From Epiperipatus broadwayi (taxonomy: Eukaryota > Animalia > Onychophora), in the NCBI GenBank assembly GCA_028023455.1, contig JAQFVV010000004.1, positions 4,960,001-5,024,000 on the forward strand: a stretch of DNA of 64,000 nt, written 5' to 3'. Numbering within the stretch: the stretch's first letter is position 1; each line of letters begins with the position of its first letter. The notes under the pieces are model-generated. The model was not told the origin of the DNA and searched no databases. It was given only the letters and a program-made list of their open reading frames with translations. The translations under genes were made by a program, and so were the position numbers. Below, one piece after another: positions 13,241 through 27,327 of this stretch.

Positions 13241-15559
13241 AACTGATCATGTGAATAAAACTTGCTATTAGATTACTGCTTAGATGAAAAAAAATCATGG
13301 GTTTAAAACCAATGTTCTCAAAATTATAAATACAGCTTAACAGATTAGTATGATTTGAGGATAACAGCACATAATTTTTTCATAAGATAAATAATGACTA
13401 ATTACAGGAGACATTGTCTCATTTATGTCTTTATAACACTAAATAAATGTATGGTTAACTGCTCAAAAAATAATATATTTTAGCATAGAAGAACCACATT
13501 TAATGCAATGATTCCATTCAGTTAGCAAATTAACTTTCTTTGGGTGAAAATGTATTCAGAATTCAGTCTACTGTTCCCGTAATTACACCAACATTACAAT
13601 TATGACTATAATCATCTAATCTACTCAAAAACTGTAAAAATTTTATTGACTTTATTTTTATGGTTAAGCAAATACACAATCAATATCCAGTCCAAAAGTC
13701 TCTCAGATTAATGCTTAAGAGAAAATATAATTTTATAAAAGATTTTAAAAAATCTTCACAAGCAGATTTTCTAATTGATGCTTATATGAAAACATGTACA
13801 TTTGTATTGTATTCTCTTCATTACTTTTATTAGGGAAAACCGCTATCGAATTATATAAACAAATAAATATACACCCACACATAACACAAATATTTTGGTA
13901 AAGAAATATAGAATACAATCATAAATCCAACATTATAACATAGAATATTTTAAAAGCAAGTAATTACAACTTAAAATTGCATTTTACTTAAAGAGTAGAA
14001 CAACCAGTTCTTAAGTTTTGTTTGTGGTCATGAGAATATATGTATTTCAGATTTAGCAAAATTGATTTAATTGCTTAATTTAAAAAGTTATTTATTTAAT
14101 AATATAATTTATTAAAGATCAGTTTAAAGTTAATCAAAATAAATATCTGAAAACTTATAGGTTTATAATTTATTTGTTTTAAATAAATGACCATAAAACT
14201 ATTTTAAACCCGGAAGTAAAATGATATGACTGAAAAGCTTAAAATTATTATTAGCATTTTTTTTCTTTTCATTTTGAACTGCTTCCATAAAAATTACCAT
14301 GTTAATTCAAAATCAGACAGTATCTAATCATCTTTCTTTGTAGTAACCTTGGCAATCTGTCTAAATTTTCCTGGAAAAATAAGGAAATACCAGTGCACAA
14401 TGGGAAATATTATACAATCCAGATATAAGCTGATCAACAGGTATAAATATTAATGTTTGGAAAAACCAACCAGCCTTTACAAAAATTTTACTGCATTCAA
14501 ACCCTAAGCAAGTTAACACTTTAAAACAGCCATTTTGTCTTCATCAATCATAGTTGAGTAGACTAACCAATCTATTCATTTTTGCCTTAGCTTTGACAAA
14601 AATGTCTTCTCATCAGACTAGGAAAAGAATAAACCCAATCAAATAGACAAGAAACTATCACATTATTATTTCAAGAAAATCTCATTTATTACAGTCAACT
14701 GAGAATGAAAATTTGATAAATTTATTCATGGAATACTACTAACTTATTGATCTTTTCATTTTAAAGTAATGTTAAATAGGTGATATATTTATAAAATTAA
14801 CAATCAAGTTGCTTGTATTTACTGAAAGCAATGGTAAAACAACTTTTCTCTTCACTTCAAGTGTGAATATTCTGTCTCAAGGTTATAGATCAGAGATGGC
14901 CAAACTTTTAGACATTGGGGGTGACTTTTTTGGTAAAGTGTATCTGAGGGTGACTGCATTTTTTTCAGGGCTTCAAACCAGAAACCAGGAAAAAAAATTA
15001 TTTTTGCCAGTTCTGAATTTATCACTATAATTTGTCAATGTTCATGTCAATTTCATGGTCAACTTCCAGAGACCTTGTGGTCGACTGCAGTCAACATCTT
15101 AACTACCCGTTATAAATGATCTTGTTGTAAATTATTGAAAAAAAAAAAATTAAATAAAATTTTTTAACTCAAATATATCATCATAAAGTTTGTTGTTTGG
15201 TGAAATGCTGAACTTAAATGAAAATTAACGGAATCAACCTATTTATAGATTATAGCCTATTTTCTTGGTCATATATAATATATATGACCTGAACTATTTA
15301 GTAATAAGGATTAAATATCTATAAATTAATCGAATAATAAAATACTTCAAATGAAAAAAATGCTCAATTGGATATAAAGTTATAATGTCTTTTTAAATGG
15401 ATTAAATTACTTCATATAGTAAACTATAATATGGATAATGAATTATAACTGCCAAATATGTTAATATCATATGCCTTATGGATTATGGATTAGAAATGCA
15501 AAATATTAAATATTGTAAAAATCTAATTTATCAACAAGCCCTCAAATGGTTTGTTAAAT

Positions 15560-15730
15560 ATAATTCACATTGGATTAACAAATATGCTTAATGGAATTTT
15601 ATTCATTTTTATATACCCGTGAGGATTAAATTACAAAAAGAAATTTAATTGTGCTTTATATCAACTTTGATGCTTTTATTATAATGTTTCCATGAATTCC
15701 AAAAACATTGAAATAATTATACAAGTATAA
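15560..15730 (+). pseudogene. Highly decayed L1/Tx1 LINE ORF2 C-terminus (zf-RVT region)
   Basis: WNFIHFYIPVRIKLQK followed, after frameshifts, by a CAL(C)QL...H.FHE(C)PK-like zinc-finger remnant. Confidence 0.4.
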
Positions 15731-17094
15731 ATTATTCCTTGGGATAAATTTAAATCATTTTAAATCTTTGGAGCAGAAACTGATGGATTACTTAGTGTAC
15801 TTTATTATAATTATTTCTTATTTAGTTAATTAGTTGTTATTATTATTATTAGTGTAATAAAAAAATATAAAAGTTGTTTAGATATTATTATATAAATGTA
15901 CAGGTAATACTTTTATTAATCTTATTATTCGTGATGATGGATATGATTAAAGTATGATTTACATTGGGATTAGTTTGTATTAATATAAGTAATTTGTAAA
16001 CTTATATAAAATTTTGATATATTGATACTATTATATGTTTTATGCGTTTTTAAGTTTCAACCTCAAAGTTATATGGAGTTAATATAGATAATTAAGTCTA
16101 TAAGAAATATTTTGTGCATAGCTCCTATATGTTAGTATTAATTTTTTAAATGCTGTAGTATACATTGAGGCATCCTATTGATACGAATTATATTTTTGTT
16201 ACTTTTACTCCTAATGATTAAGCCTTTAAATAAATTCAGGAAATGACATTGAAGTGTAATAAATAAACCATATGCTTTTTTAAATATCATTTAAGAGTGT
16301 TAAGCATATAATGTCACTTGTTTCTTTTAGAAGAGTGAAAACCGTCTGGTTTATTAAACGAGATTGATTAATAATTGATTAGCTATTAAAACAAACAAAG
16401 TAAGGACAGCATAAACTATTTATTATTCATTATTATTATTATCCTCTAGTATTTAAATTGAGAATTTGCTTTTAAATAATATGCAACCTACTCCAAGTAT
16501 GCGTTTAGTGTCTTTGCAACCCGGTATAATTAAACATTTTCATATTCCAATTTTAGATTAGATTTAGAGAACAAATATTAACATTTATAAGGTATTTTAT
16601 ATAAATGTCTATAATTAATTACATTTACATTATTCATTTATAATTTATTATTATATTCTATAATAAAGCAAATTGTTAATTTTAATATTTCTTTTTTGTC
16701 ATTATTAATTAAAAAAAACATCGTCACTGCATATTTACAAAATAAAAGTCATATTTAAGATATTAGATTACACATAAATCTATTTGGATTGTATACATCA
16801 TTATTGTATCGATGCTATTTGAAATACAAAAGTATAGAGTGAGACAATATACATAAAATTCCCTTTTACATTTGTCATACCCTAAGACAAATGAATAACT
16901 TTTATGCATACATTTATCTTTCTTATTTTATATAAATGATGATAATTGATTAGTCAACATTATTTTGAGAAGTTCTAGTCTTACTTTAAACACAAATCAA
17001 TTTCTACTTTATCAGTTCTTTTAGTAAAAAAAATATATATATATATATATTAGAAAATATTTACTTAAAATTTATTAATAGTAGTAGAACAGAC

Positions 17095-17201
17095 GTCAAG
17101 CATTGGTGATCGAGAGGTCAGTGACAGCTGCTTTACAAGCAGTTGTCCCAGGTTAGCGGGTTCACTTCCCAGCTGATGCTATGACACATAAGGAAAAAAA
17201 A
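17095..17201 (+). mobile_element. tRNA-Gly-derived SINE copy (TAC, T-arm insertion subfamily)
   Basis: GTCAAGCATTGGTGATCGAGAGGTCAGTGACAGCTGCTTTACAAGCAGTTGTCCCAGGTTAGCGGGTTCACTTCCCAGCTGATGCTATGACACATAAGG-A-run. Confidence 0.85.
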
Positions 17202-18659
17202 TACTGAAATACCCTGAGAAAATTATTCGTTTAAAATTTTACATATTATCAAAGTATAAAATAATATTAACATTTATTTGATGTGGAAGTAGAAAATATA
17301 TGCATTGAAAGTTGTTTTTTTAGTAAATGCACTTGTACACAGAGCATCCATCTCAACTGATTGTCTTTTGCTTTTTAATATAACTGAAATCAGGAAAACT
17401 GATTTAAGTTTCATAGATACCTTTTTGCTGGTTATAATATATATGACAGTTTAAGAATTAGTATGTCCATGTTATTCAATGATTAACTAAATGGTTTATT
17501 GGAAATCTTGCTAGATCAGATACTCTTCTTGATGTCCAACTTAGAAAATTCTATTAGTAGCTGATAAATTAGGATAGGTTTTATAATCTATTTAAGGTCT
17601 AATAAAAATATATATTAAAAAGATATCAAAATATATCAATAATAGTTCATTATTAGTAGTATGGTTGGACGAATAAAAGTTACCATTTTTAAAATTAATT
17701 TATTAATTATTATTACTAACATTTATGATTAAATTAATCACCATTACTTTATTTTTTTAATTATTCTCTCTTCATTTCCTTTTACTTTAATGTTTTCAGT
17801 AAGACAATGCATATTGCAATTTCAAATCCACAAAATAATAACAACACATACCACAGTTGATATTCAAATTGAAACAACCAAGGAAAGGACCTCCAAGTTC
17901 AAACCATCAAAAACACCAGTAAAAACAAAAATGACAAGGTATCAATTATACCAACTAAAAAAACTAATAAAAATTAATCAGTTAAATTTTTTTAAAAGAA
18001 TTTTATATATATATCCATTTTTTTAATTTATAAGAACTTTTATAATGTGAAAACCTAAGTAAACATGGAGTCTATACAGTCACATGATCTATTAATTAAA
18101 AGTCAACAATTAGCTCAAAGGAACAAAATAATCCAATATTGACTTACTTCAACCACCTCCACATTTCAGAAAAACTAATGCTAATGATCTTAAAGATCTG
18201 GATCTCACTGCTCAGCAAAATCAAGCCAGCACCCCAAACAAGCGTAAAAGTAGTTTGTTCTGAACAGAATGATAGAAAGCATAAATTCATGGAAGCATGA
18301 TTTATTTCTAACAATCCCTATGCTATGAACAAAAAAGAATCCTGTTGTCAAAGAAATGGAAAAAGTAAATAGGGTATTTACATAATGCACATGCTATTCA
18401 AATGTTATATTGTTTTCTGTGTCAAAGGATGAATATTATGATTCTGATCATTAATGTCTAAAGCATGTTCAGCAAATAATAACAATAATAAAAAACTATA
18501 TTATTTTTTCTTGTTTAAACATTCAAAACATATATATAAATTACAGTGAATATAAGAAAAGAGAAATAATGTATTTTTTTGAATTACAAATGATTTTTAT
18601 TAACATATATTTATTGTCTGTGTGTACTTGTATAGATTTTTTTAACTTTTGCAGTCAGT

Positions 18660-20000
18660 GGCAAGTAAATTTAGCAACTATGGATTTTTCCATAATTATG
18701 ACCAATACTTGTGCTGATACAAAATTACAATCAGATTGCATTGCTTTTGTTAAATATCCTAATACTATTGCCAGATTTGGGAAAACAACACATAGCAACT
18801 TTACAAAGCTTGACCTTTTTACTACATTGTCCAATAAAAATCAGCATTCTCATCGATAACGTGTGAATGAACTTTTTCAGAATATCACAGAGAAATTCAA
18901 CAGTAGCATTTTGTGAGAATTATTTAACTTGTTTAAGCAGTTTTTTTACAGACACTGAATCATTTTGGTAATTACAGATATCAACTGTTCTTTATATAAA
19001 TTTACAAGGGCATTGTACAAACAACCTATGGGACAGTGTTTGCATATTGCAGTTCACCCCAACCAAAGATATTTAATCATTAAATTCTATGACATCCATC
19101 AAAAGAACCATTTTAACAGAAAAATGAAAATACTTGGAAACTAAACATTAATAATTATAAGTGAAAATAAAACAAAATAAAATTATCAGAGGTTTGAAAA
19201 ATGCTTTCTTAAACTATTTAATCATTGAGTTTTAAAAAATGATGGAACCATTTGATACAGTAATTCATGTTTAATTGGTACATTTAAAACATACACTAAT
19301 TCATGTAATATATTAAAAATAATAATTCAATAAAAATTATTTAATCAGACAACTTTTATAATAATATATTTAATTTTACCAACCCGGATTTCGCCCTTAT
19401 ACTGGAGCCTTATCAAGATGTAAATACACTTAGTTACATTACAATTTTTTCTTTTCTACAGCACCGCCACCTACAGGCTTAATTTTACATTATAATATCA
19501 AAGGTAAAACAAATCTTCTATTTCCTATTCATCATATACATAATATTTATAACAATAAATATTATTGTATATAACAATAATAATAATATAATTCATGTAT
19601 ATAACAATAAATATGATTTCAAAGTAAAATGAAACAAACATGTTTTGATCTACTAATTATACCCATATAAATTGTGGAACAAAAATTCATACTTTTTTTA
19701 TTCATATGAGGAATAATCTACAATATTTTTTATGTAACCAACAAAGGCACTTAATCTGGTGTAAACAATGCAACATGACTAACGCACAACAATGCTCTAA
19801 TAGTAAATGATAAGAATTAACAGATAATCTACCTGTCACTCAATTGAAAGAATAATATCATGAAACAAATGTATAGACAATAATATAATAGACACTAGAA
19901 AACTAGCAGAAATAAATGATAAAAAATGATCAACTAAAAGAATCAAAGAACTTTCAAAAGGTTACCAGTATAATATCTACCATAATAAATAAAACATCTA
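18660..20000 (+). pseudogene. Decayed Penelope-like element (RT thumb and GIY-YIG endonuclease remnants)
   Basis: ~18975-19070 ITDINCSLYKFTRALYKQPMGQCLHIAVHP resembles PLE 'FLD.....LYRKPTxxGQYLHxxSxHP'; ~19740-19780 LIWCKQCNM resembles the CxxC between GIY and YIG; ~19900-19965 RKLAE...STKRIKELSKG resembles the PLE endonuclease C-terminus. Many stops. Confidence 0.5.
19375..19424 (-). ncRNA. Decayed hammerhead motif, family D
   Basis: Minus strand TTTACATC-TTGATAA-G-GCTC-CAGTATAA-GGGC-GAAA-TCCGGG-TT/GGTAAA; two core substitutions relative to CTGATGA; stem III near-palindrome (A[C]CCGGGT). Confidence 0.45.
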
Positions 20001-22217
20001 CAGATGTCATGGATATACTAGTTCTATGCCTCTCACAAATTAGAACAATTTAAATAATACAACAGAGGAAAGAAAGCCTCCTCTATGCAAGGAAGAAAAA
20101 ATAGTTCAATCACAAGATACCAGTTGAGAAAAAGAAAATCTAAAAGTATCTCAACAATATTAAAAATTAAAACAATTAATTTAAACCACGAGAACACTAA
20201 ATTTACAGGTATTTTAGAGGATGGTATGGTGAACTTAGACTATAATGATATATCTTATTCATTTTTTACTGGGGAGTTAAGATCTCAGAGGTGATCAGGT
20301 TTAAATACATGATCCCTACACTTTAATGTTCTAACACAAAATGACACACAATTATATCTTAAGTACATGTAAAAATATATTTTGATATAGTTCCATTTTT
20401 GTGTTTATCTATTATGATATTAAAAGTAGTAGTATTTAATATAAGAGGTTTAAACTCAGTTGGAAAAAATTTCAAACTGAATAAGTGGATGAATATATTA
20501 TAACCACATATCCTTGATTTGTAAAATATATATATATATGGTGGATCACAAATCCATTAATGTATTTAAACTCCCAAGGCTTTTCTTCAGTCTCTTGAGA
20601 TTCTTATCTGCATCAGGAGGAACAGGTATTGTTATTATGAAAATGTGCTCCTTTCTCTCTTACAAAGTTATATATATAGATACTAATTTACTTAGTTACT
20701 TTTCATCACCACACTTTTACACTTGATATAGTTTTTGTTTATGTACCCCCTCCCAGTCTTACAATTATTAACAGACTGATCCTTATATTAAATTTTCTAC
20801 TTTTTTTACTCATATCCTATCATCCTACTTGGACATACCATATTAATACATTTGTCTCCAAATGGCTGCACCTTCTTGACTTCCTCCTTATAAGTGATCA
20901 AGGCTTTCTTCCTTCAGATACTGTCTCTCTTCAAAATGGAAGATATTCTTCACTTATTGACTTTTTTTCCAATTTCCCTATGTAATATCATCTAATTAAT
21001 CTATCACTAAATCTTTCACATTTCTTTAATCACTCTGCATTGATTGTGATACTAGATATGGATTTCACATGATTATCTATGAGACATATTGCTAAAACAT
21101 TAATATTTTTAAGATCTTATATCTCTCAGTTTCTTTTTTTTTAGATCTATAACATGCTTTTTAAATTTAAAAAAAATATTAATTAATATTAATTAATTGA
21201 TGTCATTCATTCAAACATCGTAAACAGTAATTTAAAGTGAGTGGTCTATCCTCACACTTTCATTTCCAGTACTTAAGATTTGTCCATATATAAGCATTTG
21301 GGTTTGAAAGAATAAGTGGATTCATTTTATTCTTTTATAAATACTATATCTTGTGTTGGGAATGAAAGTATTCATTTATTATTAACACTCACATGCACAA
21401 TAGCTTGAAAAGCTGATCTTTAATGTATTACAATTTATAAACAGTGCTATAAAAATAAATGCTTATTAACATCCAGTGTAACTTTTGTAAATATTTTTTC
21501 ATATGCAGTAGATTAAATAACAAGACCAACTTCCCAAACATCTACATGTTTAGCACTTTCAGGCAGTTTGCATAAAAAATTATACAATGTAATTCTACAA
21601 CAGATACTTACATATATATTTAAAAGTTGACAAAAGCATACATCATGGTATATGATGCTTTGAGAAACTGACTATGAAGGAAAATGTTGTACCCTTGCAA
21701 TTCAATAAACAATACATTTCTATTCCAATCAAAGTTTGTCAACAAAACATGAGCTCTTATACACTATTTATTAACAGACTGATCCTTATATTAAATTTTC
21801 TACTTTTTTACTCATATCCTATCATCCTACTTGGAGATGGGGGGGGGGGCTTAGAATAAAATACAGCATAGTTTGTTGTACCACTATATTGTTATCAATA
21901 AATTAAGTTTAAAAAAGTGATAATTTTCATCCATCTTTCATTTAATCATATCTACTTTTATTGGGTATGTAATTAATAATCAAATAATATGTATTTTACT
22001 GCTTTAAAAATCAAACACACACAAAAAAAATTATTAGATTATTTATGAGTAAAAAAATGAAACTATACTTATTTTAAAGCATAATAACTTGAAAAAAAAT
22101 CTCACAATTTTCTTTTAATCCAACATAAACAGGGATAAGATAAAATGATAGAATGAAAGTAGGATAAAATAATAAGATATGAAGCCACTATTGGTATAAA
22201 ATTCAATAAATGTAATA

Positions 22218-22590
22218 AATGTCACATATCACTATTTCTTATGCTTGCTCATAACTGTTATTAAAACAGGCAAAACTCTCTATATGTATTGTGCGAGCCA
22301 GAGTAATCAATGAATACCAAAAGGCTTGTGCATAAAATCCCCATCTAATGCCTACTCCTCCAATATCCCCAGACTAGTTTCTGGCTTGTGGCCTTCATCA
22401 GTGAGGAGCCTCGGATTGGAGAGCACTGCACCTAGATCTTAGGATCTAATGCAACCCTCCAGCAGCCACCTTTTATCTCTACTTAACTACAAAACTATGA
22501 GTCTTAAATTGAAAACATCATAATATTTTCAATCCAAGCTCATTAGCTTATATAGTCATATAGGTCTGAACTCAGTTCAGTACCTATACA
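22218..22590 (-). mobile_element. HHR family-B element, longest copy (tail, HHR and ~185 nt upstream)
   Basis: Matches 31726-31965, 22663-22790, 9448-9627 and 6730-7000. Confidence 0.85.
22367..22406 (-). ncRNA. Minimal type I hammerhead ribozyme motif (family B), core intact
   Basis: Minus strand CCTCA-CTGATGA-A-GGC-CACAA-GCC-A-GAAAC-TA-GTC/TGGGG: 5-bp stem I, GUC triplet, stem III is the perfect palindrome ACTAGT. Confidence 0.8.
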
Positions 22591-22662
22591 TTTTGGTGTC
22601 TTTGGTTCTTTAATAACCATAGTCACCACCATCCTATTAGGCAGGATTGGTTTTAAGCCAAT

Positions 22663-22862
22663 AAACATCACATGATCACTATTTCTTATGCTTGCTCATA
22701 ACTGTTATTAAAATAGGCAAAACTCTCTATACATATTGCCACTCAGTGTAAGCCAGAGTAATCAATGGAGCATTAGATGGGGATTTTATGCACAAATCTT
22801 CTGGCATCCATTGATTACTCTGGCTTGCACTGAGTGGCAATACGTATAGAGAGTTTTTCCTG
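22663..22862. mobile_element. HHR family-B fold-back, truncated before the HHR
   Basis: Arms ~22714-22785 and ~22808-22862 inverted; ~50-nt tail (AAACATCACATGATCAC...) on the left only. Confidence 0.8.
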
Positions 22863-25800
22863 CTCTATTTCATCATACCATATTGATAACATAAAAGGTG
22901 ATAGTTATGTTTGCAGGATTCTTTTTTCTTTACATTTGGAAATTAAATTTTGAATGTATTTGCTTAGCATTATCAGTTTTTATAATCACAATGTTCTAAT
23001 TGAAGATAACCTGCAAATCGATAAATTATCAATCCGGTTTTATTCTTCATAAAAAAATGTTTGAATAGTATTTTATGCAATGATGATACTATTAAGCTAG
23101 CACTCTATAATCTTAAGTCTTTCCGCAATAATATTTTTTTATTATTAAAAGAACATGTAATAATAATTTAAACAATATTTTACTGCCTCAATATAAATGC
23201 CATATATCTACAAAGTACTCATACAACAGTGAAAATTTAAATAGATATCAAACGTTAAAATTAATTAATATTTTTTAATATATCATAAATATTTTCAAAA
23301 TGTGCTGTGTATTAGATATAAATTTTTAGATTGATAAATTATAGCAATTATAAAAAAATATATAAGTTAGTTGTTTGTTCTCATTAATTTTAGCATTCAT
23401 TGGATATTTATTTACAATATATTTTGCATATTAGACACATATTTATACAAGTAAAAGTTAAAAAGAGTAAAAGATCATTTAAATAACCCATACCAGACAA
23501 AGGCCTCTCACCAACAGCTCATAAAAAAGCAGTAAAAGAGAAGGTAGTACTTACTAGCCTTTTCAATTGCAGGTTGGCAAGAGTTTGAATATTTTTTCAT
23601 TTTTATTTTTGCTCTAGCTAGAAATATTTACATATCCACAAACTGAGTAATATGAAATTGTTATCTGAGTTCATTTTGGGTTAGATATCTAAGAAACAAA
23701 ATCCCAAGTCTTGAAAACATCTTTAAGTTCATTACATCCGATTTTGAAAGCAAATGGCAGACAAATCTTCTATTATTGCACCAGAGACTTTTTTTCTATA
23801 TAACAGATCATCTTCATAGAAAAAACTACTGATTATTCCCCTCTCCCTTTACTTTTTGTTATGAAGTATATTTATCTTACTTTATTAATGCAGAATAGTT
23901 CTCTTCTATTCCTCTTTCCCCTCTTCCATTTTTTTTTATAATTTTCTGTATAATTTAGCAATTAAAGTTTATCTGGGGTTTTTTTCTTACAAAATGTTTG
24001 CCCACAGTAAAATAATCTTTAATTAAGTTAGAATGAAAGTCTTATTTAAAACCCCCTCTCTCCACAACAAGTAAGATAGTGAATATTTGTCATGTTTACA
24101 AACTGCAGAAGACTTTTAACCGGTTTTTATGGGGGGGGGGGGTATTTTTTAATTAAAAACATCAAATACTCATTTAACAACCAATAATTCGGTGAATAGA
24201 TGGGTTGTCTATTATATGAAAATCTGGAAAAAAAATTCTAAATCTGCTTCAAATCTAAAAAAATTTCCAAGTTTTCTTGATCTAAATTCAGTCTCTAATT
24301 CATTGGTATGGCAAACATTGCTAATGACAGTAACTGTTTTTAAAAAAGTTAGTGAATAAAGTTTTTAGTTGCTACTTTTTATGAATAGTAAAGATAGTCG
24401 GATAAACTAAAAAAGACAAAATAGAAACATGCATCAATTATTGATATTTTATAATCTTTTTTTTTTTAATATTTAATGTATGAATACTAATTTATTAATT
24501 GTTTTGTGCTTACTGTTTTTTAAAAGGTCTAAAATTAAGATTAAATTTTTAAATTGTTACTTAAATATATCACAACTTATGCAAAAATAGTAGTCTATTG
24601 ATTATAAAAAATATGAGAGTCTCTTATAAATCTTGACAGAAATAAAAGATTTGCCAAAATATCAAATGGCCAATTAATCATAATGCATCTATATTAACCT
24701 GATAACTAAATGATAAATTTACCTTTGGATCTTATTCTCCATCATCAACATTCTTTTCATATTTCATCGTGATTTTTTTTTTACTTCTTCATCTTCATTT
24801 TTATCTTAATTCATCATCATAACTGGTTCATCCATCATTGGCTCCTATTCTATCATCATCTCTTAATCATTCATTATCCTTACACATTTTCTTTCTCTTA
24901 AGATCATTTGTTTTCTGTATTTAATTATTATTTATTTCTATCATCTATTTATCATTTAATTCACAATTCAAATTCCACTTTTATTTTATAGACCCAATTA
25001 TTATTTATTGGTTTACAAATATTAAATTTACCTAATAGCATAAACTTAAAATTTTTTATAAATTTAATTACAATCATTTAGGTGTCATAAGGAGTATAAC
25101 TTTTAATATTTATAAGGAATTTTATATTTATTTCTGAAAAGAAAATTTATTTAATGAAGCATAAAATTAATATATATATATATTTTTAAATTTCAAAATA
25201 AGTTTGTTTAAAAGTATTATCATCATCATCATCAACCATTATCAATCCACTGTATGATGAAGGTCTCTCCAAGTTCAATCCATATTTTCTGTTCTTTAGC
25301 TTCTCTACTCCACATCACCCCTGCACACTTTCTTATTTCAACCATCCATCTCACATGTGGTCTCTTTCTGGATCTTTTACAATCTCTTGGAATCCAGTTT
25401 AAAATTTCAATTGTCCATCTATTATCATCTCTTCTAGCAATATGTCCAGCCCAACTCCACTTCAGCCTTTTAATTTTTTCAATGAGGTCAGTAACACCTG
25501 TTTGTTATCTTACCCATAGATTGCGTTTTCGATCTCTTCTTGTTACTCAAACATGCATCTCTCCAGACTTCTTTGAGTGGTTTGAAGTCTCTATATTGCT
25601 CTTCTATTAAGTGTCCAAGTCTCAGATCCATAAGTAAGAACTGGCAAAACACATTTATTAAAAACCTTTCTTTTCAAGCACATAGGCATATTTCCTTTTA
25701 GTATCAAGTTATTTCTACCAAAAGCACTCCAAACAAGTTTAATTTTATGATTAATTTCATCCATTATGTTTCCATCTGTATTAATAATCTGACCAAGGTA

Positions 25801-25888
25801 TGTGTAACTGTTAACTTCTTCTTAGTCATCGTAATCAATCTTTATTTTCATATTTTGAGAAAATCTATTAAACATTACTTTAGTCTTT

Positions 25889-26617
25889 TTAACATTTGTC
25901 TTTAGTCCTACTTTCGTTTGATAACTCCTGCAACATTTCCTGTAACTCTAAAGCATTATTTGCAAAAACAACTACATCATCTGCAAAATCTAAATGATTT
26001 AAATAATCTCCATTTACTTTCACTCCTTTGGCTTCCCATTTTAATCCACAAAATACTTCTTGCAGTACTACTGTAAAAAGTTTTGGAGATATGGAGTCAC
26101 CCTGTCTTATACCCTTCTTAATGTTGACTTTCCTACTATCATTATGTAATCTAATTGTTGCTGTTGCATTTTTATAAATATTCTTTAAAATATGACAATA
26201 TCCTGGATCTATACCTTGATGATCCAATGCTTTAATCACTAAAGAAATGTTTATAGAATCAAATGCCTTTTCATAATCTACAAATCCTAAGCATAATGGC
26301 AACTCATATTCATTTGTCCTTTCTATAACTTCTCTCAATACCTGGATATGATCTACTGTACTAAAACCACTTTTAAATCCAGCTTGTTCTTTTGGTTGGT
26401 GGAAGTCCAGTGTTCTCTGTAGACAAGTTGTAATTATCTTAGTAAAAATTTTGTATAAAACTGATAAAAAACTGATAGGTCTGCAATTTCTAATATCTTC
26501 TTTATCACCTTTTTTAAATATTAATATTAATACTGCATTCTTCCAATCATCTGGTACATCTTTATCATTTAGACATTTGGAATATAACTTTGCTAAAAAA
26601 AAATTCTCTTTCTTCAC
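25889..26617 (-). pseudogene. Reverse transcriptase domain of the RTE LINE
   Basis: ORF has KKGDKEDIRNCRPISFLS, QPKEQAGF, FVDYEKAFDSI, GIRQGDSISPKLF, LDFADD; truncated by frameshift/deletion at the 3' end. Confidence 0.95.
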
Positions 26618-26760
26618 CTGCTTCTTTTAATATATCAATTATAATTTCATCATTACCTGGAGCCTTCCCTTTCTTCATGAATTTAATTGCATGTCTCACT
26701 TCTTCATTCAAAATTCTGGGCAATTCCGAAGATGTAATACGTATAGGAGGTACTTGTTCT

Positions 26761-27159
26761 TTATTCTTGATAGAAGTCTTCTACACATTTCATGATGTCA
26801 TCTCTCTTTTTAGTAATAATGCCATCTTTTTTGCTTATTGCAGATATAAATTTCCTACCAATACCAAAATGTTGTTTTACACTCTTTAGACTTTTATTCT
26901 CTTCTACAGCTTTCCTTTCCAGTTCACAGTTATACTTTCTTATATCATTTTCAACTCTTTTCTGCACCATTTTACAAAATTCGAGATATTCAATCTTTTT
27001 TAATGCCTCATTGTTGTATATCCTCATATTCCTTCTTTTCTTCATAAATTCTCTAGTCTCAATAGAAATTTTATTAGTCAATTGCTGCTTTTTTCTACCA
27101 GCTATTTTTGTTTCAGTTTTTAAAAATGTATCACTTATTTTCCTATTAATTTCATTCAA
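26761..27159 (-). pseudogene. Endonuclease-RT linker of the RTE LINE
   Basis: K/E-rich helical segment (KIEYLEFCKMVQKRVENDIRKYN...VEDFYQE) lying between the APE and RT domains. Confidence 0.85.
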
Positions 27160-27327
27160 ATCTAAATCGTGTTCAAAATCTACTAATACTTGAAACTGAT
27201 TTGTAAGTTCTAATTTAAATTCATTAGAATGTTTCTGAAGATTAGGAATATCAACTGTAAATATTGTTTTCCTTAATAATTTTTGTCTCTCTAGTTTTGC
27301 ATTAACCTGTATCTTATATCTTACTAA

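Noticed and set aside
14895-14930. hAT-like terminus CAGAGATGGCCAAACTTTT
   Set aside because: No matching second terminus or 8-bp TSD found.
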